A stretch of 43,969 nt of DNA from Bacteroidia bacterium (GTDB taxonomy: Bacteria; Bacteroidota; Bacteroidia; UBA10329): the NCBI GenBank assembly GCA_047611425.1, contig JBLFWJ010000003.1, forward strand, positions 1 to 43,969. The letters are read 5' to 3'. The notes under the pieces were generated by a model. It made no database searches and was not told the origin of the DNA. It worked only from the letters and a program-made list of their open reading frames with translations. Positions 1 through 8,521 of the stretch are shown piece after piece; position 1 is the stretch's first letter, and each line of letters opens with the position of its first letter. The translations under genes were made by a program, and so were the position numbers.

Positions 1-93
1 CTGGGTCATATTCATAGCGTCTTGTGCCAACACTCCAGTAGAAAAAGCAGTGGTTGCCATGAAAGACAGGATAATAAACTTGAAAAATTTCAT
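1..93 (-). CDS. 5' end of a secreted protein gene, truncated by the window edge
   Basis: Reverse strand reads MKFFKFIILSFMATTAFSTGVLAQDAMNMTQ: basic N-terminus, hydrophobic core and VLA-Q signal peptidase site. Open to position 1; not in the ORF track. Confidence 0.7.
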   Translation of the reverse strand, partial: MKFFKFIILSFMATTAFSTGVLAQDAMNMTQ

Positions 94-235
94 CTGATTT
101 TTTTAGTTCTTGCAAAGGAACGATTCTTAGGCGGTCTTAGTTGTCAACATGCTGACCGCTTCTGTCACAAATACTAAAGCGGTAACACCTCTAACTATAA
201 AAACTCGTTTCATATAAATTCCAAGATGTAGCACA

Positions 236-243
236 TAAATTTG
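236..243 (+). promoter_or_regulatory. Bacteroidota housekeeping-sigma -7 box (TAAATTTG)
   Basis: Matches TAnnTTTG, 4 nt before the ATG at 248. Confidence 0.55.
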
Positions 244-247
244 CAAA

Positions 248-868
248 ATGATTCCATTGCTTCCGGCAGCCTACTTCGCACCTATATCTTATTATGGCTA
301 TCTGGTTGAATCAAATTTTCAAGTTGGAATCAATGAAAACGAGCGATTTCAGAAGCAAACAATTAGAAATAGAGCTGAGATCCTTGGAGCTAACGGTAAG
401 ATTCGTCTCACCGTTCCATTAATTAAATGGTCCACTAAAGTTCCAACTAAAGAAATTCGAATTGATAATTCGTCCAACTGGAAACACGTGCATTGGATGT
501 CCATTCAATCGGCTTATAGGAATTCGGCTTTTTTCGAGCATTATGAAGACAAAATCAAGGCTTTTTTCATTGCAGATTATGAGCACTTAATTGACCTCAA
601 TATAGCTTCTTTGCAATTGGCAACAAGTCTATTAAATGCTGATTTATCAATTGAGAACATATCAGATTCTGACAATCTTGACAAAGCGTTATTCGAAGAC
701 TTAAAGTCAAAATTCATTAAGAAAAGACTGAATAAACCTTCCAAAACCTATCCCCAAGTTTTTAGTGATCGATTTGACTTCTTCGCTGATCTAAGCATCT
801 TAGATCTATTGTTCAATCTTGGGCCAAGAGCTTCAATTTACCTCCAAAATCAACACAAAATCAGCTGA
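248..868 (+). CDS. WbqC-like family protein
   Basis: Motifs FQKQTIRNR..I, LTVP, W..VHW.SI..AY..SAFF and LSILDLLFNLGP are typical of WbqC-like proteins. Confidence 0.85.
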   Translation: MIPLLPAAYFAPISYYGYLVESNFQVGINENERFQKQTIRNRAEILGANGKIRLTVPLIKWSTKVPTKEIRIDNSSNWKHVHWMSIQSAYRNSAFFEHYEDKIKAFFIADYEHLIDLNIASLQLATSLLNADLSIENISDSDNLDKALFEDLKSKFIKKRLNKPSKTYPQVFSDRFDFFADLSILDLLFNLGPRASIYLQNQHKIS

Positions 869-878
869 GGCTGATAGC

Positions 879-886
879 TATATTTG
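879..886 (+). promoter_or_regulatory. -7 promoter box (TATATTTG)
   Basis: TAnnTTTG consensus, 6 nt upstream of the ATG at 893. Confidence 0.55.
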
Positions 887-892
887 CGCCAT

Positions 893-2533
893 ATGAAAAA
901 CGGCAAACAAGACCTAGAATTCAATAAGAACGAGGATTCTTACAAGATGCTCATCTCTTCGATGCAGCGGAAATTGGAAGCTATTCAACTTGGAGGCGGC
1001 CAAAAGAAAATCGATAAGGAACATTCTAAAGGCAAGTACACTGCTCGAGAACGAATCGACCTTCTTATTGATAAAGGAAGCAAGACTATCGAAATCGGAA
1101 ATTTTGCTGGTGACGGCATGTATGAAGAAGAAGGCGGCTGTCCATGTGGAGGAGTAGTAATCGTAATCGGTTATGTGAAAGAGCGGCAGTGTATGATAAT
1201 TGCCAATGACGCTACCGTTAAGGCTGGCGCTTGGTTTCCAATTACGGGAAAAAAGAATTTAAGAGCACAGGAAATAGCAATGGAAAACCGTTTACCCATC
1301 ATTTATTTGGTGGATAGCGCAGGGGTTTACTTGCCTATGCAAGACGAAATATTCCCAGATAAAGAACACTTTGGTCGCATCTTTAGAAATAACGCCAAAC
1401 TCTCGTCAATGGGTATTCTTCAGATTGCCGCCATTATGGGAAGCTGTGTTGCTGGTGGTGCTTACCTTCCGATAATGAGTGACGAAGCACTTATCGTGGA
1501 TAAAACTGGCAGCATTTTCTTGGCTGGTTCTTATCTAGTTAAAGCTGCCATAGGTGAGGACATTGACAATGAAACTTTGGGTGGGGCGACTACGCACTGT
1601 GAAATTAGCGGAGTCACCGATTACAAAGCGGAAAATGAAGACGCAGCATTAGCCAGCATCCGAAACATCTTAGATAAAGTTGGGGACTTTGAACGAGCAG
1701 GCTTCAGCCGTATTGATGCCATTGCACCAAAGCGCCCGGTTAAAGATGTGTATGGAATTTTGCCAAAATCTAGAGCCAAAGAATACGACATGAATCAGAT
1801 TCTTGATTGTGTTTTAGACGACTCAGAATTTGAAGAATACAAAGCTGGTACGGGTAAAACGATTCTTTGTGGTGTAGGAAGAATAGATGGTTGGGCAGTT
1901 GGAATTGTTGCGAACCAAAGAAAGATTGTAAAAACCCGAAAAGGTGAAATGCAATTTGGTGGCGTTATTTATTCCGATAGCGCAGATAAGGCGGCCAGGT
2001 TTATTATGAATTGTAATCAGAAGAAAATACCGTTGGTCTTTTTGCATGACGTAACTGGCTTTATGGTAGGCTCTAGGTCAGAACATGGTGGCATAATAAA
2101 GGATGGCGCCAAAATGGTTAATGCCGTGGCTAATTCAACGGTACCAAAATTTACAGTTGTTATTGGCAACAGCTACGGTGCAGGCAATTACGCCATGTGT
2201 GGTAAAGCTTATGACCCAAGATTAATCGTTGCTTGGCCTACTGCTCAAATCGCGGTTATGGGAGGCGCACAAGCAGCTAAAGTGCTTTTGCAGATTCAAA
2301 AAAGCACGATGAAATCCAAAGGGCAAGAAGCAACTCCAGAAGAGGAAAAAGAGCTTCTTGATACAATTACAAAACGATACACAGATCAAACATCTCCTTA
2401 CTATGCAGCATCCAGACTTTGGGTTGACAGCGTAATAGATCCGGCAGACACACGTCAATGGATTAGCAGTGGAATTGAAATGGCTGATCATGCAAAGGTG
2501 GAACCCTTTAATGTTGGGGTTTTGCAAACCTGA
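893..2533 (+). CDS. Acyl-CoA carboxylase carboxyltransferase (beta) subunit, methylcrotonyl-CoA carboxylase-like
   Basis: Motifs ARERIDLLID, ANDATVKAGAW, VDSAG, DEIFPDKEHFGRIF, GSCVAGGAY, GFMVGSRSEHGG and GNSYGAGNYAMCG. Start moved to ATG 893, downstream of the -7 box. Confidence 0.9.
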   Translation: MKNGKQDLEFNKNEDSYKMLISSMQRKLEAIQLGGGQKKIDKEHSKGKYTARERIDLLIDKGSKTIEIGNFAGDGMYEEEGGCPCGGVVIVIGYVKERQCMIIANDATVKAGAWFPITGKKNLRAQEIAMENRLPIIYLVDSAGVYLPMQDEIFPDKEHFGRIFRNNAKLSSMGILQIAAIMGSCVAGGAYLPIMSDEALIVDKTGSIFLAGSYLVKAAIGEDIDNETLGGATTHCEISGVTDYKAENEDAALASIRNILDKVGDFERAGFSRIDAIAPKRPVKDVYGILPKSRAKEYDMNQILDCVLDDSEFEEYKAGTGKTILCGVGRIDGWAVGIVANQRKIVKTRKGEMQFGGVIYSDSADKAARFIMNCNQKKIPLVFLHDVTGFMVGSRSEHGGIIKDGAKMVNAVANSTVPKFTVVIGNSYGAGNYAMCGKAYDPRLIVAWPTAQIAVMGGAQAAKVLLQIQKSTMKSKGQEATPEEEKELLDTITKRYTDQTSPYYAASRLWVDSVIDPADTRQWISSGIEMADHAKVEPFNVGVLQT

Positions 2534-2551
2534 TTACTGCCGCATTAATCT

Positions 2552-2578
2552 TAATTTTGAAACCCGATAGACTATCGG
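2552..2578 (+). promoter_or_regulatory. -7 box (TAATTTTG) followed by the palindrome CCGATAG-A-CTATCGG
   Basis: TAnnTTTG at 2552-2559; perfect 7-bp inverted repeat at 2564-2578, ending 3 nt before the wza ATG. Confidence 0.5.
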
Positions 2579-2581
2579 CCT

Positions 2582-3343
2582 ATGACCAACAGGTACATCC
2601 TCCTGCTCATTCTTCCAGTTCTGCTTTTGTCCTCGTGCGATAAGTACTTGAACAGACATATTATGATGCAAACTGGACCGTATTATCCTTATGGAGAATT
2701 CGATGACCGATCTGAGAGTGAGTATAGGCTTGCCGCAGATGACAAAGTGGCCTTTGAATTATATCCCAACAATGGTTTTTCTCTTATTGATGCAGCTTCA
2801 TCTGGCACCGCCATAAACCAAGCTGGCGTTAGACAACAAATCCTGATTGAGTTTGATGGTTTTATGAAATTGCCAAAGCTTGGTCGGACTTATATGGAAG
2901 GGCTCACCATTAGACAGGCAGAACTAGTGCTTGAAGACAAGTTTTCAGAATTCTATAATGAGCCATTTGTGCGCTTAACGGTGCAAAACAAACGTGTAAC
3001 TATTATTGCCGGTGGTAACAGTAAAGTTGTGACGCTTACAAATGAGAATACAACGTTGTTTGAAGCATTAGCTTCCGCAGGCGGAATTCCAAAAGATGGT
3101 TTAGCAAGTAAAGTAAAGCTAATACGGGGTGATTTACGAACTCCAGAAGTCTTTGTGCTAGATCTTTCCACCATGGATGGAGTGAAAGAAGCTAACCTTG
3201 TTCTTCAGGCTAACGACATCATTTATATCGAAACTAGGGTACGAGCTATTGAGAGAATTACAGAGATTATTACCCCTTACGCATCTTTGCTCTCCAGCTT
3301 CATCGTAACCTACTCGTTGATTAATACCATTGCGAACCGGTAA
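2582..3343 (+). CDS. wza: Polysaccharide export outer-membrane lipoprotein (Wza/OPX family)
   Basis: Lipobox LLSSC; Poly_export motif (YRL..DD, DG...LPKLG....GLT); SLBB motif TLFEALASAGG..; LQANDIIY. Directly upstream of wzc. Confidence 0.85.
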   Translation: MTNRYILLLILPVLLLSSCDKYLNRHIMMQTGPYYPYGEFDDRSESEYRLAADDKVAFELYPNNGFSLIDAASSGTAINQAGVRQQILIEFDGFMKLPKLGRTYMEGLTIRQAELVLEDKFSEFYNEPFVRLTVQNKRVTIIAGGNSKVVTLTNENTTLFEALASAGGIPKDGLASKVKLIRGDLRTPEVFVLDLSTMDGVKEANLVLQANDIIYIETRVRAIERITEIITPYASLLSSFIVTYSLINTIANR

Positions 3344-3344
3344 A

Positions 3345-5792
3345 ATGGCAAAGAGAAAGATATCGTCATTAAATGATGAACTGGACCTGAGCCTGTTAAT
3401 GCTCATTGCGAGGCAAAGTGTCGTATCCGTAATTGTATTCTTTGCTTTTTTCGCATTTACAGCGTTTCTCTATTTAAGGTTTACACCTCCTGTATACCAA
3501 TCGGCTGCAACTGTACAATTGGGTTTTGACAGTCGCACAACTAATATTCTTCAAACCACCAACATTTATGAGCAATCAATTTTTCAAGAGATAGAATTGC
3601 TTCGTTCACCAGTATTCCTAGAAAAATCTCTTGGAAAGTTACCTCTAGACATAAGTTATTACTCGAAAGGTGAAATACTTTCTCAAGAGATGTATAAAAC
3701 CAGCCCATTTAATGTTGGCTATAAGGTGCATCAGTCTATAATTTATGGCAAACCAATTTATGTAAGGTTTCAGGAAGACCTAAGCGTAGTTGTAGAATAC
3801 AATATTGGAAATTACGGATATGAGCAAGTCTTTCAAATTACGGATAGCGTTATAACGGATCACTTTTCGTTAAAATTCTCGATCATAGATGCAGAGTCAA
3901 TATTCCGCCAACAAAACGAAGAAGAAAATCAATTTTATGTAGAAATTAATAATCCTGAAGGTATTGTAACTGACTACAGAGCTAGGTTAGTGGTGAATGT
4001 TCTTAACGAATTCGCGAAAACGATTCATATTCAAATACAGGAAAAAAATGCACAAAAGGCTCATGAAATCGTCCAAACTGTTTCTCTAGATTTTATTGAT
4101 TTTGATGAATTAAGAAAACAAGAGTCGGCCAATAGCATACTAGAATTTGTTGACGATCAACTTGCCAGGATTTATGACCGATTATATGAGACCGAAGATC
4201 AATTAGAAGATTTTAGAAAGGCAAATAAGATTAAAACCGAAAAAGTCAACACTCGACCTTTACCTGATTTTTATGGTAGAATAGACCAGCTTGAAGAGAA
4301 AAGTATCGAGCTTGAACTTGATTTAGAAGTCATACAAAGAGTACGGCAAGAACTCATGTCTGAGCTGGATTTAGACATCTATCAATTATTCTCATTATTA
4401 GCCGGTGCAGATTATGAGGGTATTATTTCTGACTTATTAGGGAAACTAAAAGATCTCTTTGTTCAAAAGGAAAAGCTTCTGTATGTAGTAACACCTACAA
4501 GTGATCAAATTAGAACAATCGACTACCAGATTCAAATTCAAAAAAATCTTCTTTTAGAAAGCCTCATTTCAGTTGAGAAGAGTTTGATTAAAAAGCAGGT
4601 TGAATCAAAAACAAAACTTGACAAGTACTTAAAAAAGGTAGATGAGCAAGGAACACTCTCTTATAATGAAATCGAGTATTCTCGTCTTATTCGAATTTAT
4701 CAAGTGAATGAAAGCTTCTACAACAAGCTGGTAGACAAAAAGGCTGAGTACTCTATTTCTAAAGCCGGTTACGTATCCAACAATAGAATTCTGCAACGAG
4801 CTAAAGTAGCTGAAGAACCTTTATTCCCAAATAAGAGAGTTGTCCTGTCTGTGTGCTTTGTCGCAGCTTTGGCTTTTAGTCTTGGAATGATTGGTATCCG
4901 GTACCTGATGCACAACAAGATTACCACGGTAGGGGATATTGTCAAACATACTGACGCGCCAGTACTAGGGGTTATTCCTCGATACAAAAAAGATATTCCT
5001 AACTCTCAGTTACTTGTAGATAAGAATCCGAAATCCATGATTTCGGAGGCATTCCGTTCGGTTAGAACGAACATGGAGTTCATCTCCAAAATGGAAGGGT
5101 CCAAAATCGTTTCCATTACATCAACCATCTCTGGAGAAGGAAAGACTTTTGTGGCTATCAATCTAGGAGGTATTATTGCTTTTGCTGGCAAGCGTGTTGT
5201 GCTTCTTGATTTGGATATGAGAAAGCCAAAGATTCACCTTGGCTTTAACGTGGATAATGACAAGGGAATGAGCACCATTCTCATCGGAAACGATGAACCA
5301 GAGAATTGTATTCGACATAGTAACCTTAGCAATTTCGACTTCATTACTGCCGGCCCAATTCCTCCTAATCCATCAGAGTTAATTATTAACAAGCGAATGA
5401 CAGATACGCTTGAACTTCTGAAAAAAAAATATGATGTAATCATAATTGATAATCCTCCAGCCGGAATTGTAACAGATGGTATTCTCAACATGCAAAGGGC
5501 CGACTACCCAATTTATATTGCCAGAGCAAACTATTCTCGAAAGCCATTTATTGAGAATATTGAGAGATTGATAAACGAAAATGGCATTGCCAAACTATCA
5601 GTCGTTCTTAACGGTGTAGAGACACTTAGGTCGGCCTACGGCTATGGTTATGGATACGGTTACGGCTATGGTTATGGGTACGGTTATGGTTATGGATATG
5701 GATATACGTATGGCTATGGTTATTACGAAGAGGAAGCTGAAAAGAAAGGCAATCGATTCCTAAAAAGATTGTTTAAAGGAAGGTACGACTGA
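3345..5792 (+). CDS. wzc: Polysaccharide co-polymerase / BY tyrosine kinase (Wzc)
   Basis: Two TM segments flank a periplasmic coiled region; EAFRSVRTN, Walker A GEGKT, DLDMRKP, IIIDNPP; C-terminal Tyr cluster. Start taken at ATG 3345. Confidence 0.92.
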   Translation: MAKRKISSLNDELDLSLLMLIARQSVVSVIVFFAFFAFTAFLYLRFTPPVYQSAATVQLGFDSRTTNILQTTNIYEQSIFQEIELLRSPVFLEKSLGKLPLDISYYSKGEILSQEMYKTSPFNVGYKVHQSIIYGKPIYVRFQEDLSVVVEYNIGNYGYEQVFQITDSVITDHFSLKFSIIDAESIFRQQNEEENQFYVEINNPEGIVTDYRARLVVNVLNEFAKTIHIQIQEKNAQKAHEIVQTVSLDFIDFDELRKQESANSILEFVDDQLARIYDRLYETEDQLEDFRKANKIKTEKVNTRPLPDFYGRIDQLEEKSIELELDLEVIQRVRQELMSELDLDIYQLFSLLAGADYEGIISDLLGKLKDLFVQKEKLLYVVTPTSDQIRTIDYQIQIQKNLLLESLISVEKSLIKKQVESKTKLDKYLKKVDEQGTLSYNEIEYSRLIRIYQVNESFYNKLVDKKAEYSISKAGYVSNNRILQRAKVAEEPLFPNKRVVLSVCFVAALAFSLGMIGIRYLMHNKITTVGDIVKHTDAPVLGVIPRYKKDIPNSQLLVDKNPKSMISEAFRSVRTNMEFISKMEGSKIVSITSTISGEGKTFVAINLGGIIAFAGKRVVLLDLDMRKPKIHLGFNVDNDKGMSTILIGNDEPENCIRHSNLSNFDFITAGPIPPNPSELIINKRMTDTLELLKKKYDVIIIDNPPAGIVTDGILNMQRADYPIYIARANYSRKPFIENIERLINENGIAKLSVVLNGVETLRSAYGYGYGYGYGYGYGYGYGYGYGYTYGYGYYEEEAEKKGNRFLKRLFKGRYD
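5637..5726 (+). repeat. (Tyr-Gly)n coding repeat, the Wzc autophosphorylation cluster (16 Tyr in 30 aa)
   Basis: TAYGGN hexamer x11, then YT-YG-YG-YY; synonymous codons vary between units. Confidence 0.9.
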
Positions 5793-5796
5793 GAAA

Positions 5797-6339
5797 ATGG
5801 AAATAACAAAAACTAAAATTGAGGACTTACTTGTATTAACACCGTGCGTTTTTAAGGATGATAGAGGATACTTTTTCGAATCCTTTAGCAAAAAAGTTTT
5901 TGGTCAAGCTGGAATAACTGCGGAGTTTGTCCAAACCAATGTCTCAATGTCCTGTAAGGACGTAATTCGTGGTTTACATTTTCAAAAGCCTCCATTTGCT
6001 CAAGGTAAACTGGTGAGCGTTTTGCGAGGAGCAGTTTTGGATGTCGCGGTGGATCTTCGAAAAAGCTCCCCGACATACGGGCAATATCATATCGAAGAAA
6101 TTAGCGAATACAATAAGAAGGTATTCTGGGTACCTCCTGGGTTTGCACATGGCTTTAGAACGCTAGAAGACAATACTCTGTTCCACTATAATTGTACTGC
6201 GGGCTACGACAAAGAATCCGAAGGTTCAATTCTCTGGAATGACCCAGATTTAGCTATTGATTTTGGAGATGTTTCCCCACATTTATCAGAGAAAGATAAA
6301 GTGGGAACTCTGTTTGCCGATTTCAATTCACCGTTTTAA
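5797..6339 (+). CDS. rfbC: dTDP-4-dehydrorhamnose 3,5-epimerase
   Basis: Motifs DDRGYFFESF, RGLHFQ, QGKLV, DVAVDLRKSSPTYG, PPGFAHGF, WNDPDLAI and LSEKD. Confidence 0.95.
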   Translation: MEITKTKIEDLLVLTPCVFKDDRGYFFESFSKKVFGQAGITAEFVQTNVSMSCKDVIRGLHFQKPPFAQGKLVSVLRGAVLDVAVDLRKSSPTYGQYHIEEISEYNKKVFWVPPGFAHGFRTLEDNTLFHYNCTAGYDKESEGSILWNDPDLAIDFGDVSPHLSEKDKVGTLFADFNSPF

Positions 6340-6377
6340 GGGAAAGTGGGTACCTTCGCGGCCCGCAAGGCCGAGCA

Positions 6378-7475
6378 ATGTTTCTTGACAATCCAACCAA
6401 TCTACTCATAGTTTACCTCGTTTTTGGGTTTTGTACTGTGCTGTTCTCGTTTTTGATTAACGGACTGTTTCTGAAATTTTCTCGCACACTTGGCGTGAAA
6501 GACCAAGAAGACAACTTAGTTCGTTGGAGCGCAACTTCTAAGCCTGCACTCGGAGGCATTTCATTCTACATACTTTTTCTTTTTGCCATTGCTTGCTACT
6601 CAATGCTTTTTGAAGCAGTCAGCTACATGAATAACGTAGTTCAATTTTTAGGAGTAATGGCTGCATGCTCTCTGGGTTTTGTAGTTGGACTAGCGGATGA
6701 TGCATACAATACAAAGCCCTTCTTGAAATTCTTCGCGCAATTTACTTGCGCAATAATCTTGATAAGCACTGGCACCTATATCAACATGAGTGGCTATCTG
6801 TTATTCGATTATTTCATAACTGTTTTTTGGATTGTTGGTCTTATGAATTCGATTAACATGATGGATAATATGGATGGAATAACCACCAGTCTATCCATCT
6901 CAATTGTTCTTGCAGGCCTATATGTTCTAATTACTAAACATCAAGTTCGCAGCATCTATTTCATCACTCTGGTTGGAGTCCTTTCTGGATTAATCGGTTT
7001 TCTGTACTATAATTGGAACCCAAGTAAAATGTACATGGGCGATTCTGGAAGCCAATTCTTAGGCGTGTTTCTGGCAGCCATAGGAATATTGTTTTTCTGG
7101 AATTTTAATTCTGCACCTGATTTTAGAATTCAAACTAGACAATTCATTATTCCACTTTTGATCTTCATTATTCCAATCATTGACACTACCACGGTTACCG
7201 TCAATAGATTGATGAGAGGGCAAAGTCCTTTTGTTGGAGGTAGGGACCACACTACCCACAACCTGTCCTACATGGGGTTATCAGATAGACAAGTTGCCCT
7301 AGCCTTTTTTGGACTATCAATGATGTCACTCGTTTTGTTGGTGGTAATTGACAAGTTCATTCCTCAGGATGTTTGGGATTACAAACATTTTGCACTTTTC
7401 CTTGGTTACTTCGTTTTACTGTTCGGTTTCCTTTTTGGAATTACGAAGATCAAAAGGGTTCCTAAAAAATCATGA
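6378..7475 (+). CDS. Undecaprenyl-phosphate HexNAc-1-P transferase (WecA/MraY-like family)
   Basis: Polytopic membrane protein with GLADD, NSINMMDNMDG, YNWNPSKMYMGDSGS, DT and DHTTH motifs. Confidence 0.85.
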   Translation: MFLDNPTNLLIVYLVFGFCTVLFSFLINGLFLKFSRTLGVKDQEDNLVRWSATSKPALGGISFYILFLFAIACYSMLFEAVSYMNNVVQFLGVMAACSLGFVVGLADDAYNTKPFLKFFAQFTCAIILISTGTYINMSGYLLFDYFITVFWIVGLMNSINMMDNMDGITTSLSISIVLAGLYVLITKHQVRSIYFITLVGVLSGLIGFLYYNWNPSKMYMGDSGSQFLGVFLAAIGILFFWNFNSAPDFRIQTRQFIIPLLIFIIPIIDTTTVTVNRLMRGQSPFVGGRDHTTHNLSYMGLSDRQVALAFFGLSMMSLVLLVVIDKFIPQDVWDYKHFALFLGYFVLLFGFLFGITKIKRVPKKS

Positions 7476-8521
7476 TTAAAAGAAAGTTCAGTGTATTAGT
7501 CGGCCTACTGGTCGTATTGGGGCTTGTTCAACTTTTCATTTTTAGCTCTGTTGAAAAAGGATCTGAGGACAAAGAGTACCAGCAGGCTTTCAACCAAGAC
7601 TATCGAATTTATACCCTCAATATCCCTGCGGATCTTGAGTTCTGTGGTGAGCAAATTCCTGTTCACGACATTGATATTCGGGAACGCTTAGACCGAGAGT
7701 TGTTGGTTAACACGTATTGGCAGAGTAACTCATTGCTGTACATAAAGCGCTCAAAAAAGTGGTTCCCAATCATTGAACCGATTCTTGCAGCCAACGGAAT
7801 TCCTGATGATTTCAAGTACTTGGCTTTAATAGAGAGCGGATTGACCAACGTGGTGAGCCCTTCTGGAGCAACCGGTTTTTGGCAATTGATGAAGGAGACG
7901 GGAAAAGAGTTTGGTTTAGAAGTAAACAAGGAAGTTGACGAACGGTACAACTTAACTCTTGCGACAAAGGCAGCGTGTAAATATTTAAAGCAAGCCTACA
8001 GCCGATACGGAAACTGGACCTTAGCAGCTGCTAGCTACAATATGGGCATGAACGGTGTAGACCGTCAGCTCAAGCGTCAGCAAGCAGATAGCTATTACGA
8101 TCTTTTGTTGAATTCCGAAACTTCACGTTATGTGTTTCGTGTAATTGCAGCAAAAGAGATTCTCACCAACACAACTAAATACGGATTCAGGTTCCGCGAA
8201 AAAGACCTCTACCCTACTCCACAGGTACAGTCCATCAAAGTGGATACCACAATTGACAACCTTGTGACCTTTGCCAAGGCGAATGATGTGAGCTATAAAA
8301 TTCTTAAAATCTTCAACCCGTGGTTGAGGCAAACCAATTTGCCTAATTCTTCAGGAAAGCAATATTCTATTGATTTTCCAACTGCAGGTTATTTCGATCA
8401 TCATAGTAATGGCCAAGAATTAAACCCAGCGTTTGTGGATAGCTTGGAATCGATTGCCGATTCCGTTATCGTTTACCCTACCGATACGCTTATCGCAGAA
8501 CCCAGTTCTGAGAATGAGTAA
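7472..8521 (+). CDS. Lytic murein transglycosylase (SLT/MltD-like), with a LysM-like C-terminal part
   Basis: YLALIESGL (catalytic Glu), SGATGFWQLM, VDER, AAASYNMG and ETSRYV; N-terminal TM segment. Confidence 0.88.
   Translation: MIKRKFSVLVGLLVVLGLVQLFIFSSVEKGSEDKEYQQAFNQDYRIYTLNIPADLEFCGEQIPVHDIDIRERLDRELLVNTYWQSNSLLYIKRSKKWFPIIEPILAANGIPDDFKYLALIESGLTNVVSPSGATGFWQLMKETGKEFGLEVNKEVDERYNLTLATKAACKYLKQAYSRYGNWTLAAASYNMGMNGVDRQLKRQQADSYYDLLLNSETSRYVFRVIAAKEILTNTTKYGFRFREKDLYPTPQVQSIKVDTTIDNLVTFAKANDVSYKILKIFNPWLRQTNLPNSSGKQYSIDFPTAGYFDHHSNGQELNPAFVDSLESIADSVIVYPTDTLIAEPSSENE

Noticed and set aside
5637-5726. Possible CRISPR array or slippage microsatellite
   Set aside because: It is an in-frame hexamer repeat with synonymous variation and no spacers; no cas genes are in the window.
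8433-8513. N-terminal extension of UvrA (similarly the extensions at 884, 3330, 16223, 17886, 19768, 31394, 36490 and 41518)
   Set aside because: These are longest-ORF artefacts; downstream ATGs fit the signal peptides, gene junctions and -7 boxes better.
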